Shown here: piece after piece, positions 8,646-16,900 of the stretch
How positions within the stretch are numbered: the first letter of the stretch is position 1
How the letters are laid out: each line of letters begins with the position of its first letter
Assembly (NCBI GenBank): GCA_016177405.1
Contig: JACOVG010000021.1
Coordinates: forward strand, 14,434-78,433
Length of the DNA: 64,000 nucleotides
Reading direction: 5' to 3'
Origin: Candidatus Omnitrophota bacterium
Lineage (GTDB): Bacteria > Omnitrophota > Gorgyraeia > 1-14-0-20-64-10
Translations under genes and position numbers: made by a program
Notes under the pieces: model-generated
What the model was told of the DNA's origin: nothing
The model's database searches: none
What the model saw: the letters and a program-made list of their open reading frames with translations, nothing else

Positions 8646-9299
8646 ATGAAACCTAAGCTTCTGATCGCTTGCGATTTCGACGGAACGCTCACCCGGCAGG
8701 ACACCCTGGTGACGATCCTGGATTCCTTCGGCTCCCCTTCCTGGAGGGAAGTCCAGCAAAAGGTCGTTTCCGGTGAAATCCCGATCCGGGAGGGGCTCGC
8801 GGCGGAGATGGCCTCTGTCCGGGCCAACCGCGAGCAGTTGATCGAGCTTTTGACCCAGCAGGTTGGCGTGGATCCGGCTTTTTCCGGCTTCCTTCATCTG
8901 ACGCGGCGGGAGGGGGTGCCCCTGGTCTGCCTGACCGGCGGCTTCGACCTGTGCGTGGAGACGGTTCTCAAAAAGGAGGGGCTCTGGCCTCTGCCTTATC
9001 TTGCCAACCGGCTCCTGAAGGATAACGGCTCCTGGCATGTGGAGTTTCCGTACCCCTCGGCCACCTGCGCCGCCTGCGGCCACTGCAAGGCCGATCCGAT
9101 CCGCGGCTGGAACGAGCAGGGCTACACCACCGTCTTTGTGGGCAACGGGGTAACCGACCGCTGCCCGGCCCGGGTGGCCAACCTCACCTTCGCCAAGGAG
9201 GAGCTGGGCCAGTGGTGCCAAAGCCAGGGTCTGCCCTGGGTGCCTTACGAGAATTTCTCTGACGTCGAGCAGGAATTAAGGAGGAGGGAATGGATATAA
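8646..9299 (+). CDS. HAD-superfamily subfamily IB phosphatase, MtnX-like (2-hydroxy-3-keto-5-methylthiopentenyl-1-phosphate phosphatase family)
   Basis: Begins with the DFDGTLT HAD motif I, has the C-x-x-C-G-H-C-K Cys motif typical of MtnX-like proteins, and ends with the GNGVTD motif. Confidence 0.6.
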   Translation: MKPKLLIACDFDGTLTRQDTLVTILDSFGSPSWREVQQKVVSGEIPIREGLAAEMASVRANREQLIELLTQQVGVDPAFSGFLHLTRREGVPLVCLTGGFDLCVETVLKKEGLWPLPYLANRLLKDNGSWHVEFPYPSATCAACGHCKADPIRGWNEQGYTTVFVGNGVTDRCPARVANLTFAKEELGQWCQSQGLPWVPYENFSDVEQELRRREWI

Positions 9300-9973
9300 A
9301 AACGAGATTGCTTCGGGCCCTTGGGGCCCTCGCAATGACGACCACTTTTCTTTCGCCCCTCACCCTTGACCCTTCATCCGCTTACGCCTCGGTCAAGCAG
9401 GAGGTGTACGTCAGCGGGACGGTGGAGTCCTTCGGCGGCTACACCTTCACCGAGTCGCTCACCTTCACCGTGGACAAGCCCGGCTCCCGGGAGATCGGCG
9501 CCATCACCATGGAAGGCGTCTACAACGGGGAATACCCCTGGATCCTTCGGGCCTACACCGACAACTTCCACTACACCGGAATCGGGGGCGCCAGCCGCCC
9601 GGCGAGCGCCGCGGGGCTCGTGTCCAAGGACGGCCGCTTCGCGATCCCACTGGAGGTTCACTCTCCCCTGTACGACGAGGGGATCTGGCGCCGGGTCCCG
9701 GATCTAAGCGATCCGGATCCCATCCCCTACCAACCCGAGCCGGATCTGCGGCCGACGGTCTACACCGACTGCGTTCTGATGGGGATAGACCCCCGGAACG
9801 GCGCCTGGGTGGCGGGCCCGGACGGGGTGCTCTTCACCGCCGACGACTCGCTGCTGGGCGACTTCACCGCCAAGACCCCCTGCGAGATCCTGGTCCGGGC
9901 CAACGCCGACGCCGCCGCGGCCGCCGGCGAATATGAAACCTTCCTTTATCTCGAGATCGTCCCCGCCCCGTGA
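9290..9973 (+). CDS. Secreted protein of unknown function with the shared LAMT leader; paralog of 10881..11912
   Basis: The signal peptide is MDIKTRLLRALGALAMTTTFLSPLT. The block AAGLVSKDGRFAIPLEV is shared with 10881..11912 (AGLVSADGRFAIPLKL). The G.Y..F/L.LE-V/I C-terminus resembles a beta-strand terminus of pilin or spore-coat-U-like subunits. Confidence 0.6.
   Translation: MDIKTRLLRALGALAMTTTFLSPLTLDPSSAYASVKQEVYVSGTVESFGGYTFTESLTFTVDKPGSREIGAITMEGVYNGEYPWILRAYTDNFHYTGIGGASRPASAAGLVSKDGRFAIPLEVHSPLYDEGIWRRVPDLSDPDPIPYQPEPDLRPTVYTDCVLMGIDPRNGAWVAGPDGVLFTADDSLLGDFTAKTPCEILVRANADAAAAAGEYETFLYLEIVPAP
9304..9340 (+). repeat. Leader cassette copy (gagattgcttcg-gggcccttggggccc-tcgcaatgacg)
   Basis: Identical over ~38 nt to the reverse complement of 29509..29546. 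Confidence 0.8.
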
Positions 9974-10884
9974 AAAACCGGTGGTCATCGCGAGGCCCGG
10001 AGGGCCGTGGCGATCTCGCTTTAAAAACGGGATTGCTTCGTCCGCCAAAAATCATTGGCGGACTCGCAATGACGTTTTTATTTCTCACGACTGCCTTGGC
10101 GGTGGAGGTCAGCCCCACCCGGCTCGAGCAGGCCATCTCCGCCGACCAGCCGACCCTGGGGACCTTGGAAATCTCCAATCCCTCCTCCCGGGCGGCCCGC
10201 GTCCAGATCCAAACCGGGCCCTACCGCTACCTCGAGCCCAAGTTCAGGCTCCCCTCGGCCGAAGATTGGTTTCAATTCGAGCCGGCCGCCTTCAGCCTGG
10301 CCCCCGGAGCGTCGCTTACGGTTTCGTACACGATCACCCCGGCGGCCAACGTCCGGGACGACGCGGCCGCCGAGTACCTGGCCGCAATCCTGGTGGACCA
10401 GCTGCCGGAAGAGCCCAACGTCATTGCGAGGAGCAACAGCGACGAAGCAATCTCGCAAGCCTCGCCACAGAACGTTGGCGGGCAAGCCAAGGTCACCTTC
10501 GTGCCCCGCTTCGCCGTGCCGGTTTACCTCACCCTTCCGGAACGGGAGAAAAAGGAGCTGGAGCTTGCGGGGCTCACCGTCCGGGTCGGAGAATCGCCGG
10601 ACCTCTTGAGGTTCGGCGTCGCGCTTAAAAACACCGGCACGGTTCACCTTCGGCCAGCGGGCTCTTTGGTGATCCTCTCCGAGGCGGGGACAGCCGTCGA
10701 ATCCAGAACCCTGGGCAGATCCCTCCCCATCCTTCCGGGCGCCACCCTGGAGCTCCCGGCCCTGGTTCCCATGCCCGGGAGCGCGGGCCGGTACCGGGCC
10801 GCCGTCACGGTCCAAGCCGACGAAGCTCTCCTTCTGCAAAAAGAGATCGGCTTCGAGGTGACGCCCGAGGGGGCCGTGAAGTGA
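9970..10884 (+). CDS. Secreted two-domain beta-sandwich protein, PapD/pilus-chaperone-like fold candidate
   Basis: Has the LAMT leader, followed by two ~110-aa repeats with the chaperone-like pattern (VEVSPTRLE...TLEISNPSS.RAARVQI...FEPAAFSLAPGASLTVSYTI, and a second copy VTFVPRFAVPVYLTLPE...). The GTG start overlaps the stop of 9290..9973 (GTGA). Confidence 0.45.
   Translation: MKNRWSSRGPEGRGDLALKTGLLRPPKIIGGLAMTFLFLTTALAVEVSPTRLEQAISADQPTLGTLEISNPSSRAARVQIQTGPYRYLEPKFRLPSAEDWFQFEPAAFSLAPGASLTVSYTITPAANVRDDAAAEYLAAILVDQLPEEPNVIARSNSDEAISQASPQNVGGQAKVTFVPRFAVPVYLTLPEREKKELELAGLTVRVGESPDLLRFGVALKNTGTVHLRPAGSLVILSEAGTAVESRTLGRSLPILPGATLELPALVPMPGSAGRYRAAVTVQADEALLLQKEIGFEVTPEGAVK
10030..10074 (+). 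repeat. Leader cassette copy (gattgcttcg-tccgccaaaaatcattggcgga-ctcgcaatgacg, followed by tttttatttctc)
   Basis: Core inverted repeat tccgcca/tggcgga. About 60 nt are nearly identical to 10893..10950. Confidence 0.8.
10419..10455 (-). repeat. Inverted-orientation leader cassette copy embedded in-frame in CDS 9970..10884
   Basis: cgtcattgcgag-gagcaacagcgac-gaagcaatctcg is the reverse complement of the leader consensus. It is translated as NVIARSNSDEAISQA in the inter-domain linker. Confidence 0.7.
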
Positions 10885-11912
10885 AAAAAATGAGATTGCT
10901 TCGTTCGCCAAAGTTCATTGGCGGACTCGCAATGACGTTTTTATTTCTCCCCCCGGCTTTCGCCCAGAAGGCCCTGCGGATCGGGTCGGTCTCTTACGAT
11001 CAGCACGTCCACTCCACCGAGCTGATTAAGTTCACCGTGGCCGTCAAGAACAATGAGGCGACCACCCAGTTTGCCGAGGTGGACATCACCTTGACCAACG
11101 TGGAGACCGAGCAGGAGCTCACCCTGGTGCCCGTGCTCACCGGGAATGTCCTGGCCGGCCAGGAGTCTGTCCTGGTCACCACTTACCAGAACATCCCTGA
11201 CGGCACCTACACAGTCAGCTTTCCCCTTTTTGACGGCGACGGTGTCCGGGTGGACCGGGTCACCGGGTCCACCCCCATCCACATCGGCACCGAAACCGAA
11301 ACCCTGCAGGTCTTTCCGGAGGTGATTCATTTGGGAACCCTGCCGCCGGGCCGCGCGATGTTCCCGACGCCCATCGAGGTGCGCTGGGCTTTCTACCGGT
11401 TCAACCGTTTAAGACTCGATCAGCCCTTCTACATCCGGATTTACTCCGACAACGCCGCCCGCTACCGCGGCGTCCGGGGCGCCCTGCGGCGCAACTCGCC
11501 GGCCGGCCTGGTCTCCGCGGATGGGCGCTTTGCCATTCCGCTGAAGCTCTGGAACCTGAACTACGGCCCGGACATGCAGGAGGGGGGCTGGGACGCCGCC
11601 CTGGCCGGGCCGCCGCCTGTGGACGACGACGCCTTCTGGATCGGCCCGGAGCTTCTGGAGGGGGGCCGCAACCTCGGCTCGGCCAACTGGGTGAGGATCC
11701 CGGATCTTTCGGAGATGACCTCGGACCCGGTGAGCTGGCGGCGGCTGATCGGCCAGGACCCGTTCGACAACCGGTATGTCTCCGACTCCAATCAAACCGG
11801 AGACTTCACCCTAAAGAGCCCCTTCACCCTTTATCTGGCCGCCGAGGCGGGACCCACCGCCGTGGAAGGGGCCTACACCGCCAACCTCGTGGTGGAGCTG
11901 TGGGACCCGTAG
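10881..11912 (+). CDS. Secreted protein of unknown function with the LAMT leader; paralog of 9290..9973
   Basis: The signal peptide is MKKMRLLRSPKFIGGLAMTFLFLPPAFA. It shares the blocks named above and the C-terminal pattern GAYTANLVVELWDP. Confidence 0.6.
   Translation: MKKMRLLRSPKFIGGLAMTFLFLPPAFAQKALRIGSVSYDQHVHSTELIKFTVAVKNNEATTQFAEVDITLTNVETEQELTLVPVLTGNVLAGQESVLVTTYQNIPDGTYTVSFPLFDGDGVRVDRVTGSTPIHIGTETETLQVFPEVIHLGTLPPGRAMFPTPIEVRWAFYRFNRLRLDQPFYIRIYSDNAARYRGVRGALRRNSPAGLVSADGRFAIPLKLWNLNYGPDMQEGGWDAALAGPPPVDDDAFWIGPELLEGGRNLGSANWVRIPDLSEMTSDPVSWRRLIGQDPFDNRYVSDSNQTGDFTLKSPFTLYLAAEAGPTAVEGAYTANLVVELWDP
10893..10938 (+). repeat. Leader cassette copy (gagattgcttcg-ttcgccaaagttcattggcgga-ctcgcaatgacg, followed by tttttatttctc)
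   Basis: Read directly from the sequence. Confidence 0.8.
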
Positions 11913-13906
11913 GCGTCATGGCGAGGCGCAGCCGAAGCCATCTCGTTTTTGGATTGCTTGGGGCCCTTGCAATGACGGCGGGTCTGCTCACGACCGCTTC
12001 TGCGCAGGAGATCACGAGTCAGGAAACCCTTTCCCTGGGACGGGCCGACCAGCTTCTCCGCCAGAAGGCGTTCGATCAGGCCATGGAAGAGCTGGGGCGC
12101 CTGCCCAAGGAGTTCCACGAGGATCCGCTCTTCCGAGGCCATCTGGGCCGGGCCGCGGGCGCCCTTTACCGGACCGCCCGGAGAAGAACCTACCGGGAGG
12201 GGCTGGCCCCTTTTCGCGGGCGGGCGGCGGCCAGCGTCCGGGTGACCCACCGTAAGCAGGACTCCGGCCGGAATTCCGACCAGACCTCGGACAACCGCGG
12301 CTGGCAGATCAACGAGCGGCTGGAGACCACGTTGGGGCGGGAGGGCAGGATTAACGCCCGTTTTCTCCAGGAGGCGGACGGTTTCAAGAACGGCCACCGG
12401 GATCTTCGCTACCGCACGCTCCTGGTCGATTTCTTCAACGGTTCCTCCCACCTGGCCCTGGGAGATTCCGCCAGCTATGGCAGCCCCTACTTCCTGCGGG
12501 GCTCCCGGCTCCGGGGGGCCGACCTCCTTTTGCGCGGCGAAACCCACGAGCTTCAGTTGGTGGCCGGCGGCTACCCCTTCTGGCTGGAGTCCCGGGACGA
12601 GTACATTTATCCTCGGACCGTCTGGGGCTTCCGGGACAAATGGAATCTGATGGGAGAGCGCGTGAGCCTGGGGGCCGGCCTCATGCAGGCCAGAGATTCC
12701 GAGAAGATCCGGACGATCGACACGGCCAACCGCCCCCGGGACAATGTCGTCTACTCCCTGGAGCAGGCCGTGAGACTCGTCCCCGACGTCTGGTGGCTCA
12801 AGGCCTACGAGGCCTACAGCGTCACCGACGACGACCTCCTTGAGGAGCGCTTCGGAAACGCCCGGAAGCTCAAGGACACCGCCTTCCGGCTGGAGTCGGA
12901 CCTGATCCAGCCCTTTTTGAGATGGAGAAGCCGCTACGAACGGACCGGCCCTGAATTCCGGCTCCTCACCGATATCCCCTCCGGCTCGGTGGTGAACGCC
13001 AAAGGGATCACGGCCGACCGGGAATTCATTCAGCAATATCTGGATCTCGCCCCGCTGGGTCCGCTGGACCTGGACCTGGAGGCGAGCTGGTACCGCAACA
13101 GCCTGGACGGGCGGGACAACGTGGAGCAGACCCGCCAGCGGTGGGCCACGGTGGAGGCCGGCTTCCTGGTGCCCGAGGGCTGGCCCAAACCCAGGGTCCG
13201 CGGCACCGCCACCGAAACCCTCTCAAGCCCCGGTTCCGCCACCCGGGCCTCGCAAACCAGAACCTTTGATGTAAGAACCGATCTCACCCATCGCCTGGGG
13301 GACTGGTCCCTAAACGGCTTCGGCACCTTCAAGGCGGAGCACCCCCTCAAGGACAAAACCGCCTTTGACGAGCAAACCTCCTGGTCGGCCGGCTCCCAGA
13401 TTTCGCGCCCGCTGGGAAAACGCCTCTACTGGACGAGCCGCTACGAATTCCGTTTCTTCGATGAGGTCTTCGATGAGACGCGGATCCGGGACCACAGCGA
13501 CGAGATCAACAACAACCTCTCGGTCCGCCTCTGGAGCACCGCCTCGCTGGGGCTTCACCACAGCTTTCTCCGGGGAATGCTTCGGGGAACCGCCAGCGCC
13601 AAGAAGATCGAGGCCAACCGCCACACCGGAAGCGCCTCCCTCTCCTGGCCGTACGTCTGGACCAGGGCGGACAAGCGCCGCCGGCTGACCATTCACCCTT
13701 CGCTCGCCTACTACGTCAGCAACGTCACCAACAGCCTGGAAAGGCGGCCCATGGCCAGCGGCGGGCTCCGGCTGGCCTACGAGGCCTACCCGGACTGGAA
13801 GCTGGAGTTAAACGGCAATTTCCGCTGGGACGATGACGGCGAGGCCGACGAGGTCCGCACCGAGGAATCCCGCGTCTGGCTTTCCTTCACCACCCTCTGG
13901 CCGTAA
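11900..13906 (+). CDS. Large secreted protein, candidate outer-membrane beta-barrel (usher/porin-like)
   Basis: Has the LAMT leader (MARRSRSHLVFGLLGALAMTAGLLTTASA). The 668-aa sequence is rich in alternating aromatic/polar strands and Arg/Tyr/Trp, and the C-terminus (SRVWLSFTTLWP) is barrel-like. The true start may be the internal ATG near 11918. Confidence 0.45.
   Translation: MGPVGVMARRSRSHLVFGLLGALAMTAGLLTTASAQEITSQETLSLGRADQLLRQKAFDQAMEELGRLPKEFHEDPLFRGHLGRAAGALYRTARRRTYREGLAPFRGRAAASVRVTHRKQDSGRNSDQTSDNRGWQINERLETTLGREGRINARFLQEADGFKNGHRDLRYRTLLVDFFNGSSHLALGDSASYGSPYFLRGSRLRGADLLLRGETHELQLVAGGYPFWLESRDEYIYPRTVWGFRDKWNLMGERVSLGAGLMQARDSEKIRTIDTANRPRDNVVYSLEQAVRLVPDVWWLKAYEAYSVTDDDLLEERFGNARKLKDTAFRLESDLIQPFLRWRSRYERTGPEFRLLTDIPSGSVVNAKGITADREFIQQYLDLAPLGPLDLDLEASWYRNSLDGRDNVEQTRQRWATVEAGFLVPEGWPKPRVRGTATETLSSPGSATRASQTRTFDVRTDLTHRLGDWSLNGFGTFKAEHPLKDKTAFDEQTSWSAGSQISRPLGKRLYWTSRYEFRFFDEVFDETRIRDHSDEINNNLSVRLWSTASLGLHHSFLRGMLRGTASAKKIEANRHTGSASLSWPYVWTRADKRRRLTIHPSLAYYVSNVTNSLERRPMASGGLRLAYEAYPDWKLELNGNFRWDDDGEADEVRTEESRVWLSFTTLWP
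11913..11975 (+). repeat. Composite of an inverted leader-cassette copy (cgtcatggcgag-gcgcagc-cgaagccatctcg) immediately followed by a direct copy (ggattgcttggggcccttgcaatgacg)
   Basis: Read from the sequence. The inverted half begins at the stop codon of 10881..11912, and the direct half encodes the FGLLGALAMT of the next gene. Confidence 0.65.
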
Positions 13907-13910
13907 CGTC

Positions 13911-16900
13911 TTACGCGGCGGTGCGCAGGGGTTCGATCTCTTCGAGGATTCTTTCCGGGGTAAGGCCGCGGACGCCGAGTTCCTTAAGGGCGGCCAGGTA
14001 CCACTCGATCCAATTCTGATCCACTTCTCGAATCACAAAGTCAGGCGAGGGAAGCTGGACGCGCGCCATGGCCTCGTTGAGCGCTCTCCGGTGATCGGCC
14101 TCATCGCCGGGAAGGTAAACGTAGGTTACCGCTTCCAGGAGGCGCCGGGCCAGAGGATCGGAAAGCCGCGCTTGGGCCTGGGCCAGCTCCTGGGCCGTGG
14201 CCACCCCGGCCGCCCGGATAGGAAGCTCCTGCTCGCCTAGTCGAAGCTGAACCGCCAGCCGCAGAAGCTCCAGCACCCGCGCATCCCCCTTCCCCGTATC
14301 CACCACAAACCTCATCGGTTTCGTCACCGGTTCGGCAACCGGCGCCTGAACCCCCACCGGCTTCTCCTCCAGGCCGGATTCGTAACCGATCAGGGGATAA
14401 ACTAGAAGGGCAGCATTGAGGGGCCTAAAGGGCCGCTCCACCCCCTTGCCTCCTGCCGGCTGAGGGCGACGAGGAGAAGAACGGAGGTTGGTGCCGTCCC
14501 ACTGGTTTACATCTTGGCTGCCGCCAAGAAGCAAAGCGTCTCTGGCGCCCAACTCCTTAAGAAGAGAAGCCAACTGATGTACCGTTACGCCAGAAAGCCG
14601 CTCGCCCATTCTTTCTCCAAACATCGAAAGGAAGATAAGTTTCCCCGCGGGGTCAATCCCAATGGCAGAGAAGGAAGCCTGCGTCGTCTTGGGATTCCAT
14701 CCCACTCGGTCAGGCCGCCAGTCCAGTCCAAGAGGACGGCCTCGTTCATCACGCTTTATAACCTCAGCTTCCTCGATCTGATCCGCCACAAGCTCTCCAT
14801 TTCGAAGCAGTGCCGGGCCGGAAATCGCATGAGAGATACCGCCTGTAACGAGCTGATTATTCTTGATCTCAACGGTCTCAAGGCCCAGGCGCTCTAATGG
14901 CGCTAACACAAATACGGTAAAGCGGCCATCCAGGGGGCGATATTCACTTTGAAAGAGACCCCTCTTCTTATCCGTCTTTCGAATCAGTCGGCCATCTACA
15001 ATCAGAAGCCCAAGCGGCTGCCAGAAGTTGGATTGGAAGCTGTTGGAAGCGTAGATGAGGCGCGGGGCTTGTTCTTCTTCGGCTGATCCTCTGCCTTCCT
15101 CAATAATCTCTTGGAAATGCCGGCCAGGCAGCTGATCGTCGGAAAGGGCGGGATCCCCCAGCATCTGCGGGAGTGTATCTCCCGGCAAATCTTGATCTAG
15201 AATTTCGGGGTTAAACCAGGAGACCACCTGAACCTGGCGCGAATCGACTAAGAAAACCTGACCGCTGGCTTGCTGGGTTCCGGTTCTCAAAGTCACTGAT
15301 CGAATGGCACCGATTCCGCTGGGGTCAGATTTGGGGTCCCCCACAACGAACTCCTCCAGGCCAGCGGAGGGAGGTCCTTGATTCTTCGGAGGGCTCGAGA
15401 GAGGAGGCATCTTCTCGAGAAAGGAAAGGGCCACCCAGCCGCTCATCCCTTGCAGCCGAGCTCGTTTGCCCTGGACATCCACCTCTTCCACAACCCACTC
15501 TCGAAGTCGGCGATCATGAACACGATCGCCCGCTTGGATCGGCAGCTCGGCGGGCGGGGAGGGTTTCGTGTCCGCCGCGGTTCCCCCCAATTGAAAGTGA
15601 GCATCGGCCCTGCGAATCGCCTCCCCTAAGGAGGCAGAGGTCCTGTCCGATACTGCCTGGTTGAGGTATTCGACGGCTGCTGCAAGAGCCCGCTCCTGGG
15701 AAGGGCTTCCTTCTCTGACGGCCATCTTGAAGCCCGCCGCGTAGGCCAGGCCGCCCAGGGCCGAACCGGTGAGATCGCCCAGAGAACCCTCCTGAACCTC
15801 CGTGTCTCCTCTTTCCGGCGCACGCAACATCTCGGCTCGGACGCTTGAGATGATCCGCTCAAGCTGGTTGGCGCGCTGTTCGGCGGAGAATTCTTTTTCT
15901 CCTATCTCGCGGCCCTCCGCGAAGACCCTCATCTTTGCCAGCAGCCAGGGAAAAATGATGGGCAGCCCATAAGGACCGCGCAACGTCTTTTCTTCCTGGA
16001 AGGCACCGCTTCGAACAAAGAGGAGCATCTCCATGGCTCCGGCAAACCAATCCGCTGCCTTGCCTTTATCCGCCTGCAGGATTCTGGCAATCTCCCTGCC
16101 GTATGCGGCCGCCATTCGATCCACAGGGAGGGCATTCGCCACCCAGACAGACCAAGCCGCCTCTCCGGGTCCCAATCTCTTCCTGCGAGAGCCCATTCCG
16201 TCTGCCGTGAGAAACTGCCTGGACTTCACCGCAAGTTCCTGAATCAGACGTCCTTGTTCTGCTTCTGATGGCTGCCCTTCCTTCCAGGCCTCTTCAATCG
16301 CGGGTAGGTTCATCTCGGCATAAGCGGCCAACCCTAAGGGGCGGGGCTCCGAATCAATCAGGCCGTTGGCAAGAGCCCTCCTTTGGACGGTTCCCGCTTC
16401 ATCGCCGGGAAACAGGGCAGCCAAGACCCACTCCCGGGTTTCGCGAAGCGATCCCTTTTCCTCTTCCGTAAAACCCTCGCTTGCCGCCTGGAAGAGCACC
16501 GCCAGCAACTGGGGGCTTATCCCCAGGGATTCTATGCCATGCTGCAGATACCACCGCCGAACCAAGGCCGCCTCCCTTATTCCCTCCTGTACAGCCCTTC
16601 GGCAAGCCTGGGAAAACTTCGGGTGGTGGGTCTTCACGTATTCCAACCAAGCTTGATCCGCCTGCCGAAGGCGGCCGTGAAAGGCCCTGCCGGTCCTCAT
16701 CGCCCTCTCGCTGAAATAGGCGCCCGACAGAGAAGCTCTTCCCGTCACGACCTGCTCATCGCGCTGGGGGCTGACCTCAAACGCCTCGCGCATCTTCGTA
16801 ACAAGCTCAGTCAGCATGCGCCGGTAGGCAAGCGCCTCTCGGCCATGGCCCGCGGCGTAGCGCGCCAAAGAGGCCGTATCTCCCATAAAAACCGCGTACG

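Noticed and set aside
11873-13036. 387-aa minus-strand ORF
   Set aside because: It is antisense to the 668-aa barrel-like gene and has shadow composition.
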